Of a DNA stretch of 64,000 nucleotides, positions 24,901 to 36,900 are shown piece by piece. The notes under the pieces were generated by a model. The model did no database searches and was not told the origin of the DNA. It was given only the letters and a program-made list of their open reading frames with translations. Origin of the DNA: Malacoraja senta (taxonomy: Eukaryota). The translations under genes were made by a program, and so were the position numbers. The DNA lies in contig CM075998.1 in NCBI GenBank assembly GCA_038087875.1, positions 2,482,001 through 2,546,000 of the forward strand, given 5' to 3'. Within the stretch, counting starts at the first letter, position 1, and every line of letters starts with the position of its first letter.

Positions 24901-27900
24901 TGGACCATGACTCCTTGTACCAGCACTCTTGCCATCCTGACCTGGATATGTGGCCGCATGATCACCTGAAGCCACATTTGCTAAACCATCCGATCAGAAA
25001 TGGACAAGCTCCCCAAACAGTCCCTCTGCTGATGCCTGCACACCCATACAGCCAGTACCCACGAGCGCTTGGATGCCCTTCATTTGGTTATAGCCATGCC
25101 CATGCAAATATGCCAATGCCAACCCCGTTGGTGCACACATACTCCAGTCCACTTTCACCAGGGCCTCATGGGCAGCTTCAGAGAAGCATGGAAGGGTCTC
25201 CTGAATCACACCCTCCTTATGGGAGGTACCCAGAGCTGAAGTACAGCCCAGACTACCAGCAACATCCACACTGCAGTTGTCCATACGACCATTACCAGGA
25301 GCAGCACTGTGCCAACAGAAGCTGTGAGGTCTACCCAGATAGTCCACTCATGTCACCTCCTCCACTGGGACCGTGTAGTCCGAGCCCACAAGGGCCTGCT
25401 TCTGTGTCGCCAGTGAGCCCGACCGTACCCCGGGTCTTGTCCAGGAACCCAAGTGCTTGTGATCGAGCAGCAAGAATAACCGATGAAGATCTACAAAGCC
25501 CAGAAGCCGCTTTCTCACACCAATGCTCCTCCTGAATTGTATCCTTTTCCTGATTGTCACCTCTGCTCCTGCCCTCTGCAGATTCCTCAATCCTTCTATC
25601 TTCAGGAAGCCATCCCCACACCTCTTCAATCTATTTATACAGGACTCCAGCAGGCTTTCCTGTTGACATTTTTCTTCTAATCTATTACCTGCTCCATTTG
25701 TCCTCCTGCCTACTGCTTTCTGGAAATACTTTTTCAAATGTTGAACAGGAGTGGATAAAAAATCAATTTGAGATGTCCTTGTTACTGACTGGTGTCCACA
25801 TGGTTCATAAGACCAAGCTCTATGAGCGATTAACTTTTATAAGCTTCCCTGATGATCTAAATCTTGTCATCTCATCCCAAAGAGGAAGCCTTTCCTTCAT
25901 CTGCTCTCAAAAGCCAAATTCCAGATGCTTCCGTTAATTAGGTCCATGGAAACTTCCACTTTGCCTGCTGCATGTTTTATGCTCAAGCATTTCTCTCGGT
26001 CCAAAGAGCATGGAGAGTTTGCACAATGTCGGAATGCTCCCTGGAAAATAAGATTTGAATGCTATTCGGACTTTCGAGTTACTTTTACCCATTCTCGGCC
26101 AGTTTGCTACCGAAAGCCCACAGTGGGCATTGCAACTCCCTGCTGTGGTGCTGGGATTGATTAAAACAATTCAACAAAGTGATATCAGAAACCATAGAAC
26201 AATGGCAAAAGCACAGAAGATAAACGGCAACCTGGTTTAATTTAAGCCACTCCTATTTAAAGACCTTACCCAAGCACAGTTGAGGCTTATGGACTGAAGC
26301 TTTAACAAACTTCATCTATATCTTGGTAAAAATCTCGTGCGGGAGGACAATTCCTATTTTCAAACCATGTTTCCTGTTCTCTTTAGTTTTGCTCTCTCAA
26401 CAGTCTCCATTCATTTTTGCAGGGCTGTAATTGTGGATTCTGCCCACCGGGTGGCTCCATTGAGCAACTTTCTCCCAAATGGTGTGCAAGCCATGGGTAA
26501 AATTCCTGGCAGTGCCCTCAGCCACCGCACGAAGATTGCTCCCAATAGTTGGGATTCTTTTGGGTACAATTATTGGGAACATGGGAACGAGAGGAGGCCA
26601 TTCAGCCCCTTTGAGCCTGTTCTACTATTCACCAAGATCAAGGCCGATCTATGACCCATGTGGTACCTCAATGCCTTTGTGTGCCAAAAATCTATTTATT
26701 TTATAATCTAATATCTGACTCACCAATCATTCATTTGCAGAACACAGTTCAAATTATCTCCCCATCCTCTGCATGTAGGAGTGTTTCCTGACTTCACTCC
26801 TGAAATCCTGGCACAAAAAGCTTTGATTCTCCAAACCTCCAAACCACTGTAAATAGTTTCCCCCCCAATCACCCCATCGATGCCCCCTGAATACATCGCT
26901 CGATCAAATCTCCTCATGTCCTTTTAACTTGAAGGTGAGAGGGGCAAACTTTAAAGGAGATGTGCAGGACAAGTTTTCTTACACAGAAAGTGGTGGGTGA
27001 TTGGAATGCACTGCCAGGGGTGGTGGTGGAGGCACATATGATAGTGGCATTTAAGAAGCTTTTCGATAGGCACATGAATATGCAGGGAATGAAGGAATAT
27101 GGATCATGTGCAGGCAGAAGGAATTAACTCGGCATCATGTTCGGTACAGACATTGTGGGCCGAAGGGCCTGTTCCTGTGCTGCACTGTCCTATGTGTAGG
27201 AAAGAACTGCAGATGCTGGTTGAAATCGAAGGTAGACACAAAATGCTGGAGTAACTCAATGGGACAGGCAGCATCTCTGGAGAGTAGGAATGGGTGTCGT
27301 TTCAGGTCAAGACTGAAGAAGGGTCTCGACCCGAAACGTCACTCATTCCTTCTCTCCAGAGATGCTGCCTGACCCGCTGAGTTACTCCAGCACTTTGTGT
27401 CTACCTGCACTGTTCTATGTTCGATAGTATTATAAAGGGAAACCATTAAGCATATGTTCCCTTCATTCTTCTGTTAGAAGTCCAAATCAACACTGATCAA
27501 ATAGCCCGGGGAAAACAAACGTTGGTACAAAGTGTCCCCGGAGAACATAGAAACCCTGAGATTGCAAGGCGACACCACTGTGAAGGAATGGTGTTGTGCA
27601 GCTCTCCGTCCAACATGACTGAAGCATCGACTCCTGGATCCACAGGCAGCTCTGGACCGGATACTGAAAGGTACATTCCTCTGTGGCAACATATGTAAAA
27701 ATCTGTAGCAAGAAAAAAGGAGAGCACTTTTTTTTTTTCAGTGAGCAGTGACCTTCCCATGCTCGCCATTCTCCTGCCTGTGCTCATCTAAAGCCCCCCT
27801 CCGACTCCCCCCAAAATGTTTTGATATGCATTTAAGCAACATAAGGTCATTAAGTGATAGGAGAAGAATTAGGCCATTCAGCCCATCAAGTCTACTCCGC

Positions 27901-30900
27901 CATTCAATCATGGCTATGTTTACCGTAATATTATTGGCTATATATGGCTATATATTACCGTAATTCTCCGAGTTCGAATCAGGGGAAACTCGGGAGAGCT
28001 CTTGAATTACCTTGTACAGTGAGACAGGCCCTTAACCCCATTCTCCTGCCGCCTCCCCATAACCCCTGACACCCGTACTAATCAAGAATCTACTGTATCT
28101 GTCTCTGCCTTCAAAATATCCATTGACTCGGCCTCCACAGCTGTCTGTGGCAATCAATTCCACAGATTCACCACCCTCTGACTAAAGAAATTCCTCCTCA
28201 TCTCCTTCCTGAAGGAACGTCCTTTAATTCTGAGGCTGTGACCTCTGGCCCTAGACTCTCCCACTAGTGGAAACATCCTCTCCACATCCACTCTATCCAA
28301 GCCTTTCACTATTCTGTACGTTTCAATGAGGTCCCCCCCTTTCTTCTAAACTCCAGCGAGTAGAGACCCAGTGCCGTCAAACGCTCATCATCGGTTATAC
28401 CACATGCACTTACTGCATGTCAGAACTATTGAAAGTATTTTAATGGCTGCAAATGTCTCTGGCATTTAGAAACTTTGAAAAATGTTCAATAACTTTAAAA
28501 AAGAATTATCAAGCTATTACATGTTTCAGTCTGATGAGTCCGAAGATGGTCTTGACCCGAACTGTCGCCTGCCCATTCCCTCCACATATGCGGACTGACC
28601 CGCTGAGATACTCCAGCACTTTGTGTTTTGCTATTACATTTTTCATCTATTCAAGAACTTATCACATTTTAAAAAGAATCAAAAGCACATTTGAAACATT
28701 GGAAATCAACTTGCAAACAGTTAAATGGATTTCAATTAACTCACCTAATATGAAACACTTGTAACTTGCCTGAAACTTAACTCTCTTCCTTGCATTTGTC
28801 CCTCTTTGTTGAAATGAATAGACTTTGCTGAGCCTGCATTAGGTCAAACCTGGGCAGATTTCCCAGTATTTTGGTCAGGAAACTACAGCTGTTGGCACCC
28901 CCATGGTTTTATTCTATGGAGGAGTTCAACATCAGGGTGGCAGTGGCAAGAACCTCTGGTGTGTACAGCCATCTGAAGTGATCTGGATGGTTAATCTGTG
29001 GTCCACCCTGCAGAAAGTAGTTGTGCTCCACAGATTTAATGTTGGCTAGAATGCGTTTGTGATGAATGCCTCCCAAACAAGTCATTCTGTTTATGCAGCA
29101 ATATGTGTATACATTGGTTGACATTTCGGGTCGAGACCCTTCTTCAAACTGTCCGAAGAAGGGTCTCGACCTGAAACGTCACCCGTTCCTTCTCTCCAGA
29201 GATGCTGTCTGTCACGCTGAGATACTCCAGCGTTTTGTGTCTATCTTCGGTGTAAACCAGCATCTGCAGTTCCTGCCTACACTATATATATTGCTTTCTT
29301 GTTTGAAATAGAGAAGTAACAAAATGGGCAAAATGCCTCAAAAATACCAAATTACATCAGACTATACCTCTGGATCATTTAGACTTCCCAGAAAGTTAAG
29401 AAAGAGTTTTGGAGGTGGTTTGTAAAGCAATGCCTGGGAGACATTTCAATTGTCCAGGTGGAAAGTATTAGATAACCTAAACACAAGGAGATAAAACATC
29501 TGCCCAGTTCTAATAAATACATATCCTGCTCAAGGTGGGGTGTGGTAGTTCAGGGAATAACAGGCGGATCATTGTGTCTGTGGGAAACATGAGAAATGTC
29601 GAGGAACAAAAGGACAGTGGGGTGTGCATCCACAGGTTCCTGAAGGTGGCAGGACAGATAGGTAAGGTGAGTCAGAAGATGGTTGTGTAAATTAAGTTAA
29701 ATGATCACATTGGATGAGCAGTTGAACTGCCATAACTTACAGACCGATAGAAAGTGGGAAAAACCTCATTAGTTCTTGTGTTGGCTGGCATAGAAATAAT
29801 AGGCCGAATGGCCTCCTCCTGCACCATAGATCTCTATGATCGATCACTTCTATGATCCCACTGCATTCCGCTGGCACGCTAGGCTCTTGGTCAGAACACT
29901 GTGAGTACAAATCCCACTTTAGACATTCAAGAACCTCAATGTAGACTGAGTGGAGTACTGAGGGTGTCCTTCACTGTTGGAGGCCCTGTATACTCTCTCA
30001 GGTGGATGCTATGTTGAAAGAGAATTGGTGAGCGTTCCCCAGTCTCCTGGGCCAACATCTATTCCTCAAACAACATCACACAAAAGTTCTGGTCATTTAA
30101 TTGCGTTCCTGCTGGTGGGAGCTAGCTGTGCATAGAAACATAGAAAATAGGTGCAGGAGTAGGCCATTCGGCCCTTCGAGCCTGCACCGCCATTCAATAT
30201 GATCATGGCTGATCATCCAACTCAGTATCCTGTACCTGCCTTCTCTCCATACCCCCTGATCCCTTTAGCCACAAGGGCCACATCTAACTCCCTCTTGAAT
30301 ATAGCCAATGAACTGGCCTCAACTACCCTCTGTGGCAGAGCGTTCCAGAGATTCACCACTCTCTGTGTGAAATTTTTTTTCTCATCTCGGTCTTAAAAGA
30401 CTTCCCCCTTATCCTCAAACTGTGACCCCTTGTTCTGGACTTCCCCAACATCGGGAACAATCTTCCTGCATCTAGCCTGTCCAACCCCTTAAGAATTTTG
30501 TAAGTTTCTATAAGATCCCCCCTCAATCTTCTAAATTCAGGAAATGGCTGCTGGAATTCATAGCAGCCAGTTTCGGGAAACAGTGAGTGATCCCAAGACG
30601 CTGGGATGGACAATCTTTGGCACTCCTTAGATTGACACAAAATGCTGGAGTAACTCAGCGGGACAGGCAGTATCTCTGGAGAGAAGGAATGGGTGACATT
30701 TTGGGTCGAGACCCTTCTTTGGCAGGCCTTGCATGTTCGAACAGCCTAACCACTGCATGTGATGGGGGGGGGGGGGGGGGTAGTCCCAGAACTGGTTCAT
30801 TACACTCTTTGCCCGCTCTTTGCCTATTCCGTGGGCACCTTTGAAATTGAGGACATGGAATTTCCAGATGGACAATGACATTCAAGTCCTCAAAGGCGGC

Positions 30901-33900
30901 AACGCCCAGCGTCCTTTATGAAGGGCTCACAGAGGGACGATGATGTGGCTCAAGTCACAAGACTTGGCACAATTAATTTGATAGAAAATGTTGGCTCCCT
31001 CTTATCCCACAGCTGCTTCTGTTCAGCCTAGGATGGATCACACATGTGGCTGATGGGAGTGCTCTCCTAGGATAACTGTTACAACACAGGTTTGGCACTC
31101 ATGCAGTCATTGGAGACACTGACTCCAACCATTTATAGGGCTGTTTGTCTCTTGGTCGTATATCAGCCCCACTGTCCTAAATACTTCAACTGCCTAATTA
31201 AATGAATGATAGCGCGGGGCTCTGAGAATTCTTCTCATTTTACATGACTGCACGTTCCCCCCCCACCCCCCCCCCCCCCCCCCCCCCCCATCCCAATCCA
31301 GAACATTTTATCATCTTCAAGTTATGTTGGACTCTCTTGAGTCTCCAACTCAGACAAGCTTCCTATAGAGACAGTATTGGGCCGACACACAAGGAACACT
31401 GGTCTGACAATGGTGCAGCAAATAACTCCTTGGTGCAGGTTGAATCAAAAGTATCAAGGACAATGAACAGCTGGCAGAACAAAGGAACTGCCAATGCTGT
31501 TTTACAAACAGTACACAAGGTGGTGGAGTAACTCAGTGAGTCAGGCAGAATCTCTGGATAACAGGGGTAGGTGACGTTTCGGGTCGGGACCCTTCTCCAG
31601 ACTGTTGACTGAAGTTGTCTCCTTAATGACTGCATTTATCCAGTACCTGCAGCGGAGTAAAATGTCCCTAGTTACTTCCCTGGAGCAATTACAGAACCAA
31701 AATTTCACACCGAGTCACGTCGGGAGATATGAGGCCCAGTGGCCAAAATCTTGGACAAAGAGAGAGAGAGAGAGAGAGTCCGAGAAAAAAAAGGTGGGAT
31801 TTCACAGCTCACGGCCCAGACAGCTGAAAGCTCAGCCCTCAACAATGGAGCAATTAAAATTGAAGATGTCGGAATGGAAAGAATGCATAAATCTCAGAGG
31901 GTTGTAAAGCTGAAGGAAATTGCAGGATTGGCAAGACCCTAGAGGGATTTGAGATCAAGAATTCACAATCCTTAACCCTAACTCGAAAGAAGTATGTTCC
32001 AGCATACATTCCCTTGAGTAATTTACCTCTCACATAGTTCCAGCCACCCTTCAGTGCTTGCATGGATTCGCCGTTCACGAACCTCTCCCTGTCCCTTTCT
32101 TCCTTCACCTCCCACTTCCCCCCCCCCCCCCTCCCTGTTACCATTTGTTGTGTCCTTCCACTGACAATGCTGCTCATTGCAGAGACACAAGGAGTCGTTT
32201 GTGGTGTGTGTGACGCTCAGTGCCGCACCATGCACTCTTCACTCACTCCACTGCCCATTTCACTTTCCACGGTACCGATGGTCCACAGGTGAACCAATTC
32301 AACTGAATCTCTCCTGAAATGTTTGCCTCCCAATCTGAGAGTCTGGCGTGTCCGTAGTTTCTCCACTGTTTTCTGCAGAACTGGCATCCTTCATTGTAGT
32401 GTCAGTCCAATACATTGTATCAATCTCACTCATGTTTCCTGCTTAAACAATACATCCATGAAGCATTGAGGAGACTGTTACACAGGGCCCTGCCCCTCAG
32501 TCCCCCAATGGTTGTTGGACCCTAGACTGCGCTGTTTCCCTACGGACCCTTTACGCTGGATGCACCAAGCTTCAGTGCACCAGAAATGGCGGATGTCACT
32601 CTGCCTTGAACTAACCAGCAGAAGCACGCAGGCGCCCAGTGAAAGCACCTCACATCGCTGCCACTGTGGACATCCGATGTATCATTAAAAGTCGTTTGTC
32701 TCTAGTCAGGCAATCTATAAATGTAAAATCTGATGACAATAAACTGCCTTTTCCAGAAGCATTCCATGATAACATCACAGTGGTTGATACTCCCAACTCA
32801 GACTGAGCTCCCAGAGAATCAAACCTAATTGTTCACATCATTGTCCTTGGATCCTCTGAACTTCAGGCAAGGGGTCGACTGGGCTTGTATTCACTGGAAT
32901 TTAGAAGGATGAGAGGGGATCTTACAGACACATTTAAAATTCTTAAGGGATTGGACAGGCTAGATGCAGGAAAAATGTTCCCCATGTTGGGGGAGTCCAG
33001 AACCAGGGGTCACAGTTTAAGAATAAGGGGTCGGCCATTTAGGACTGATATGAGGAAAAACTTTTTCACCCAGAGAGTTGTGAATCTGTGGAATTCTCTG
33101 CCACAGAAGGCAGTTGAGGCCAATTCACTGGATGTTTTCAAGAGAGTTAGTTTAGCTCTTAGGGCTAACAGAATCAAGGGATATGGGGAGAAAGCAGGCA
33201 TGAGGTGCTGATTTTAGATGATCCGCCATGATCATAATGAATGGCGGTGCTGAAAAAGGCCGAATGGCCTACTCCTGCACCTATTTTCTATGTTTCTAAG
33301 CTCGCTAAGCTCCAACTCAAGAGGCATCTTTGTAACAACTGGTGGAACCATGACCAGTTCACCAATGTTTATACGCTTTATGTTATGACTGTACACGATA
33401 CTTCCTTCCAAACTTGGAGTCAATGGATTCTGGAATTGAGTCCAACACACTGCCACTGCACCCGCAATGGACTGGAAATATCTGGGCCTTTGTATCCTGA
33501 TTCTTTATGTTGGGTAAATGTAAATGGCATAACTTTTTTACAAATGTGTTTGTTACTGCCAACAGCACGGCAACAGCGGAGGGCAGCCCAAGGACTCCTG
33601 TCCAGTCTCCTCCTGCTACGGGCCAAAAGCAGCCAACCCCGCCCAGGCCAGAAGCGAGCCTGTGCTTAGTCGGTGTCTCTCCTGAGCCAGGAAACGGCTG
33701 TCAAAGGAACAGGAGCCCCGTCAGCCCAGCCGAACAGCAGTCTGGTGCCCATCAGGTAAATGGCATTGAGACCCACATGGCACCTGGTGACCCGGGAACC
33801 ACCCGCCAGCCGATCGCCATCGACGCACAGCTGAGTCCAAACCAAAGCAAAGATGGTTCTAGCAGGACGCCGCCACCTCGTAGCCCAGCTGCCAAGGGAA

Positions 33901-36900
33901 GTGTGCCAGAGACGGCCGCAGATCACTGCGCCCCGATTACACCGCCCAGCTCAGCCATCGTCAGGCACCCACCACATGGCACCGCCGGCGACCCATGCTT
34001 TGCCAGCGTGCAACACCACCCGCTGAGCCCAGACATGGTTGCCCTGCAGCCCTGCCAAGGAACTCCGGAGTCCCAGGCACCGCCAACCCCTGCCTTCCCC
34101 GTCGCGTCCCCCTACAGTGCGCCCACCTCTCCTACCCAAATCTTCACCTACCAGGCCGGCGGCTCGACGTGCCCACAGCAGCCGCCTCTACCAGAGAAAC
34201 GGCGGATGTCTGCCAGCCACGGACCAGCCAATGGAAGGTCCTTCACACCCACGCACAGAGGCGCGCAATCTCCCAGCGAGAGCACCACACAGCACGTGAC
34301 CTTCTCGCCGACCACTTTGGCTTCCCAATGCACTCATTTACAGGTAAGCAGCAGCCACCTTCGGGTTCCTGCTTGTTTAGAGGGATATGGAGCAATTGCG
34401 GACAAATGGGACTAGATGCTGGGGCATCTTGATCGACACGGACGAATTGGGCCAAAGGGCCTGTTTCATTGCTGTGTGACCAAGTCCCTTAATCTCAGAT
34501 CTTAGACTGACGCCATGTTGATGTTGATGGAGATGGAGTCTCTTGAATATCAGAAGATCTAAAAATCTATTAATTTCTGTTCTCAATATATTAACATCTG
34601 AACCGCCACAGCCATTTTTGGGTAAAGAATTCCATGGATTCTCCACTCTCTGGGTGAAGAGATTTCTCCTCATCTCCGGCTGACCCTTTATATTGAGGCT
34701 GTAACCCCTTGGTTTAGACATGCCAGAGTCCGGGAACTGACCCTGAGACCTTCTTGAGAGCTGCCAGACCCCTGAACTGCCAGGTGGACCAGAGGTCATA
34801 GCCTCAGAATGAAAGGACGTTCCTTTAGGAAGGAGATGAGGAGGAATTTCCTTAGGCAGAGGGCGGTGAATCTGTGGAATTCATTGCCACAGAAGGCTGT
34901 GGAGGCCAAGTCAATGGATGTTTTTAAGGCAGAGATAGATAGATTCTTGATTAGTATGGGTTTCGAGGGTTAGGGGGAGAAGGCAGGAGAACGGTGTTGA
35001 GAGGAAGGGATAGATTACGCCATGATTGAATGGCGGAGTAGACGATAGGCAGAATTGACTAATTCTGCTTTATCACTTATGACCTTGGATGCCTGCTGTT
35101 CCTCCCACCCAGGAGACCAATCCCATTACCCCCTTGTGATTTTCAAAAATAACCTGTCGAGCTTAATCCTGGTAAAATGGAGGCTTGCACTGTGCATGGC
35201 TTTCCTGCAAGGTTTTACAGTATTTCTTACATTGGCGAGTCCTTTGCTTATCAACTCTAGCACTGATGTTATGATTTCCTGAAGATGATTCCAATCATAG
35301 AAACATAGAACATAGGTGCAGGATTTGGCCACCATCGACCTGCAACCTCAGGCAGGTTGGGAAGCAGAGGTTAGGAGTGAGAGTCAGTTGCCCCCTCAAC
35401 ACGCTGGGTTGAAACGTTTCTCCTGCTTGTCCTTTTGTCCCTCGTCTCTGTGCAGTCAAAACCATTCTGTTTCCACATGTTGAACATGTTTCCCATTTGT
35501 GTTTCCTGCAGACGGACATCAGGAAAGCCAGATCAGTGCCAGGTTTGTCCAGGACACATCGAAGTTTTGGTACAAGCCGAACATCTCCAGGGACCAAGGT
35601 GACCTTTGATGGCAGATGCCGTGTTCTATATTATATTTGGCAGTGTGAATCAAGAACTGGAAGGCATAGGTTTAAATTGAGAAGAGGAGGTTTTAATAGG
35701 AACTTGAGGGGCAACTCTTTCCACACAGAGGGCAGTGGATATGTAGTACAAGCTGCCAGAGGAGGTAGTTGAGGCAGGTACTATGACAACATTTAAAAGA
35801 CATTTGGATGGGAAAGGTTTAGAGAGATATGGGTCAAATGCAGGCAAATGGGACTAGCTTAGATGAGGCGTGGACAAATTGGGCTGAAGGGCCTGTTTCT
35901 GTGTTGTTTGACTCTTTGACTAAGCCCTTTGGCCCATTGAGTCTGCTGATTATGAAACATCCATTTACCATTTATTCTCCCCATATCACCTCCCCCCCCC
36001 TACTCCCTACACACAGTTTAGTTTTGTATAGTAATACAGCATGCAAACAGGCCCTTCGGCCCTCCGAGTCCACGCTAGCCGGCAATCACCCTGTACACTG
36101 GCACTATCCTACACACGGGGAATAATTTACAGAAGCCAATTAACCTACAAACCCGCACGTCTTTGGAGTGCGGGAGGAAACTGGGGCACCCAGAAGAAAT
36201 CCACGTGGTCACGGGGAGAACGTGCAAACTCCACACACACAGACAGCGCCCGAGGTCAGGACCGAACCAGAGTCTCTGGCGCTATGAGGCAGCGGTTCAC
36301 AGGCTGCATCACTGGAGTAGATTATTTTGACACTGCACGGACCCCAATGGAAACCTTGCACAGAAATCACATAGAAATCAAATGCTCAGTGTCAGGGTGG
36401 TACCACGACCTGCACTGTGCACGACCTGCGTGCCTCTACCGGGTACGGATGCCCCGCGTGGGTGACATCCTCGTTTGCCTTGTCCCATGAATAGAAAAAT
36501 TACCGAGCTCAGCAACTTGGAGTCGTTCCTTCATTACGTTCCAGGCAGAGGTCGGCAGCAACTTCCTGTTGTTCTGACATCGAGGTCTTTTCTTTCAAAA
36601 ATAGCCTGGTGGGAACGGACTTCATAGCTTCTGTCGTCATGGAGAATGGAACAAACCATTCTGGACACAGCTCCACAGATAACAACTTCAACTCTCATTT
36701 TGTTTTAACCTATTCTAAACCAGCCTGTAGATAGATTGCAAAGTGGGGAGTGTAGGGAAAGAGATGGGTGGTTCAGGATCTGCGTTAACTTCACCGATAG
36801 GCACTTTGATCATCTCTGGCACCTTTCTTTACCACCACCCCCACCCCACTCATTTTTATCAGAACTTAGCAAAGAGCCAAGTAAAATGGGAGTGAGCAAA

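Noticed and set aside
24346..25737. Antisense ORFs over the large tns2 exon
   Set aside because: Shadow frames of GC-rich coding sequence with no recognisable motifs.
25554..25937. ORF after the large exon containing [10 protein letters not shown]
   Set aside because: It lies past the inferred donor and a stop, in pyrimidine-rich intron-like sequence. The homologous segment is better explained by exon 27478-27670.
31354..31440. Possible extra tns2 exon ([17 protein letters not shown]...)
   Set aside because: The phase-2 acceptor is plausible, but no good phase-2 donor follows and the frame runs into a Penelope arm. Exon end 27670 already joins 33566 in frame.
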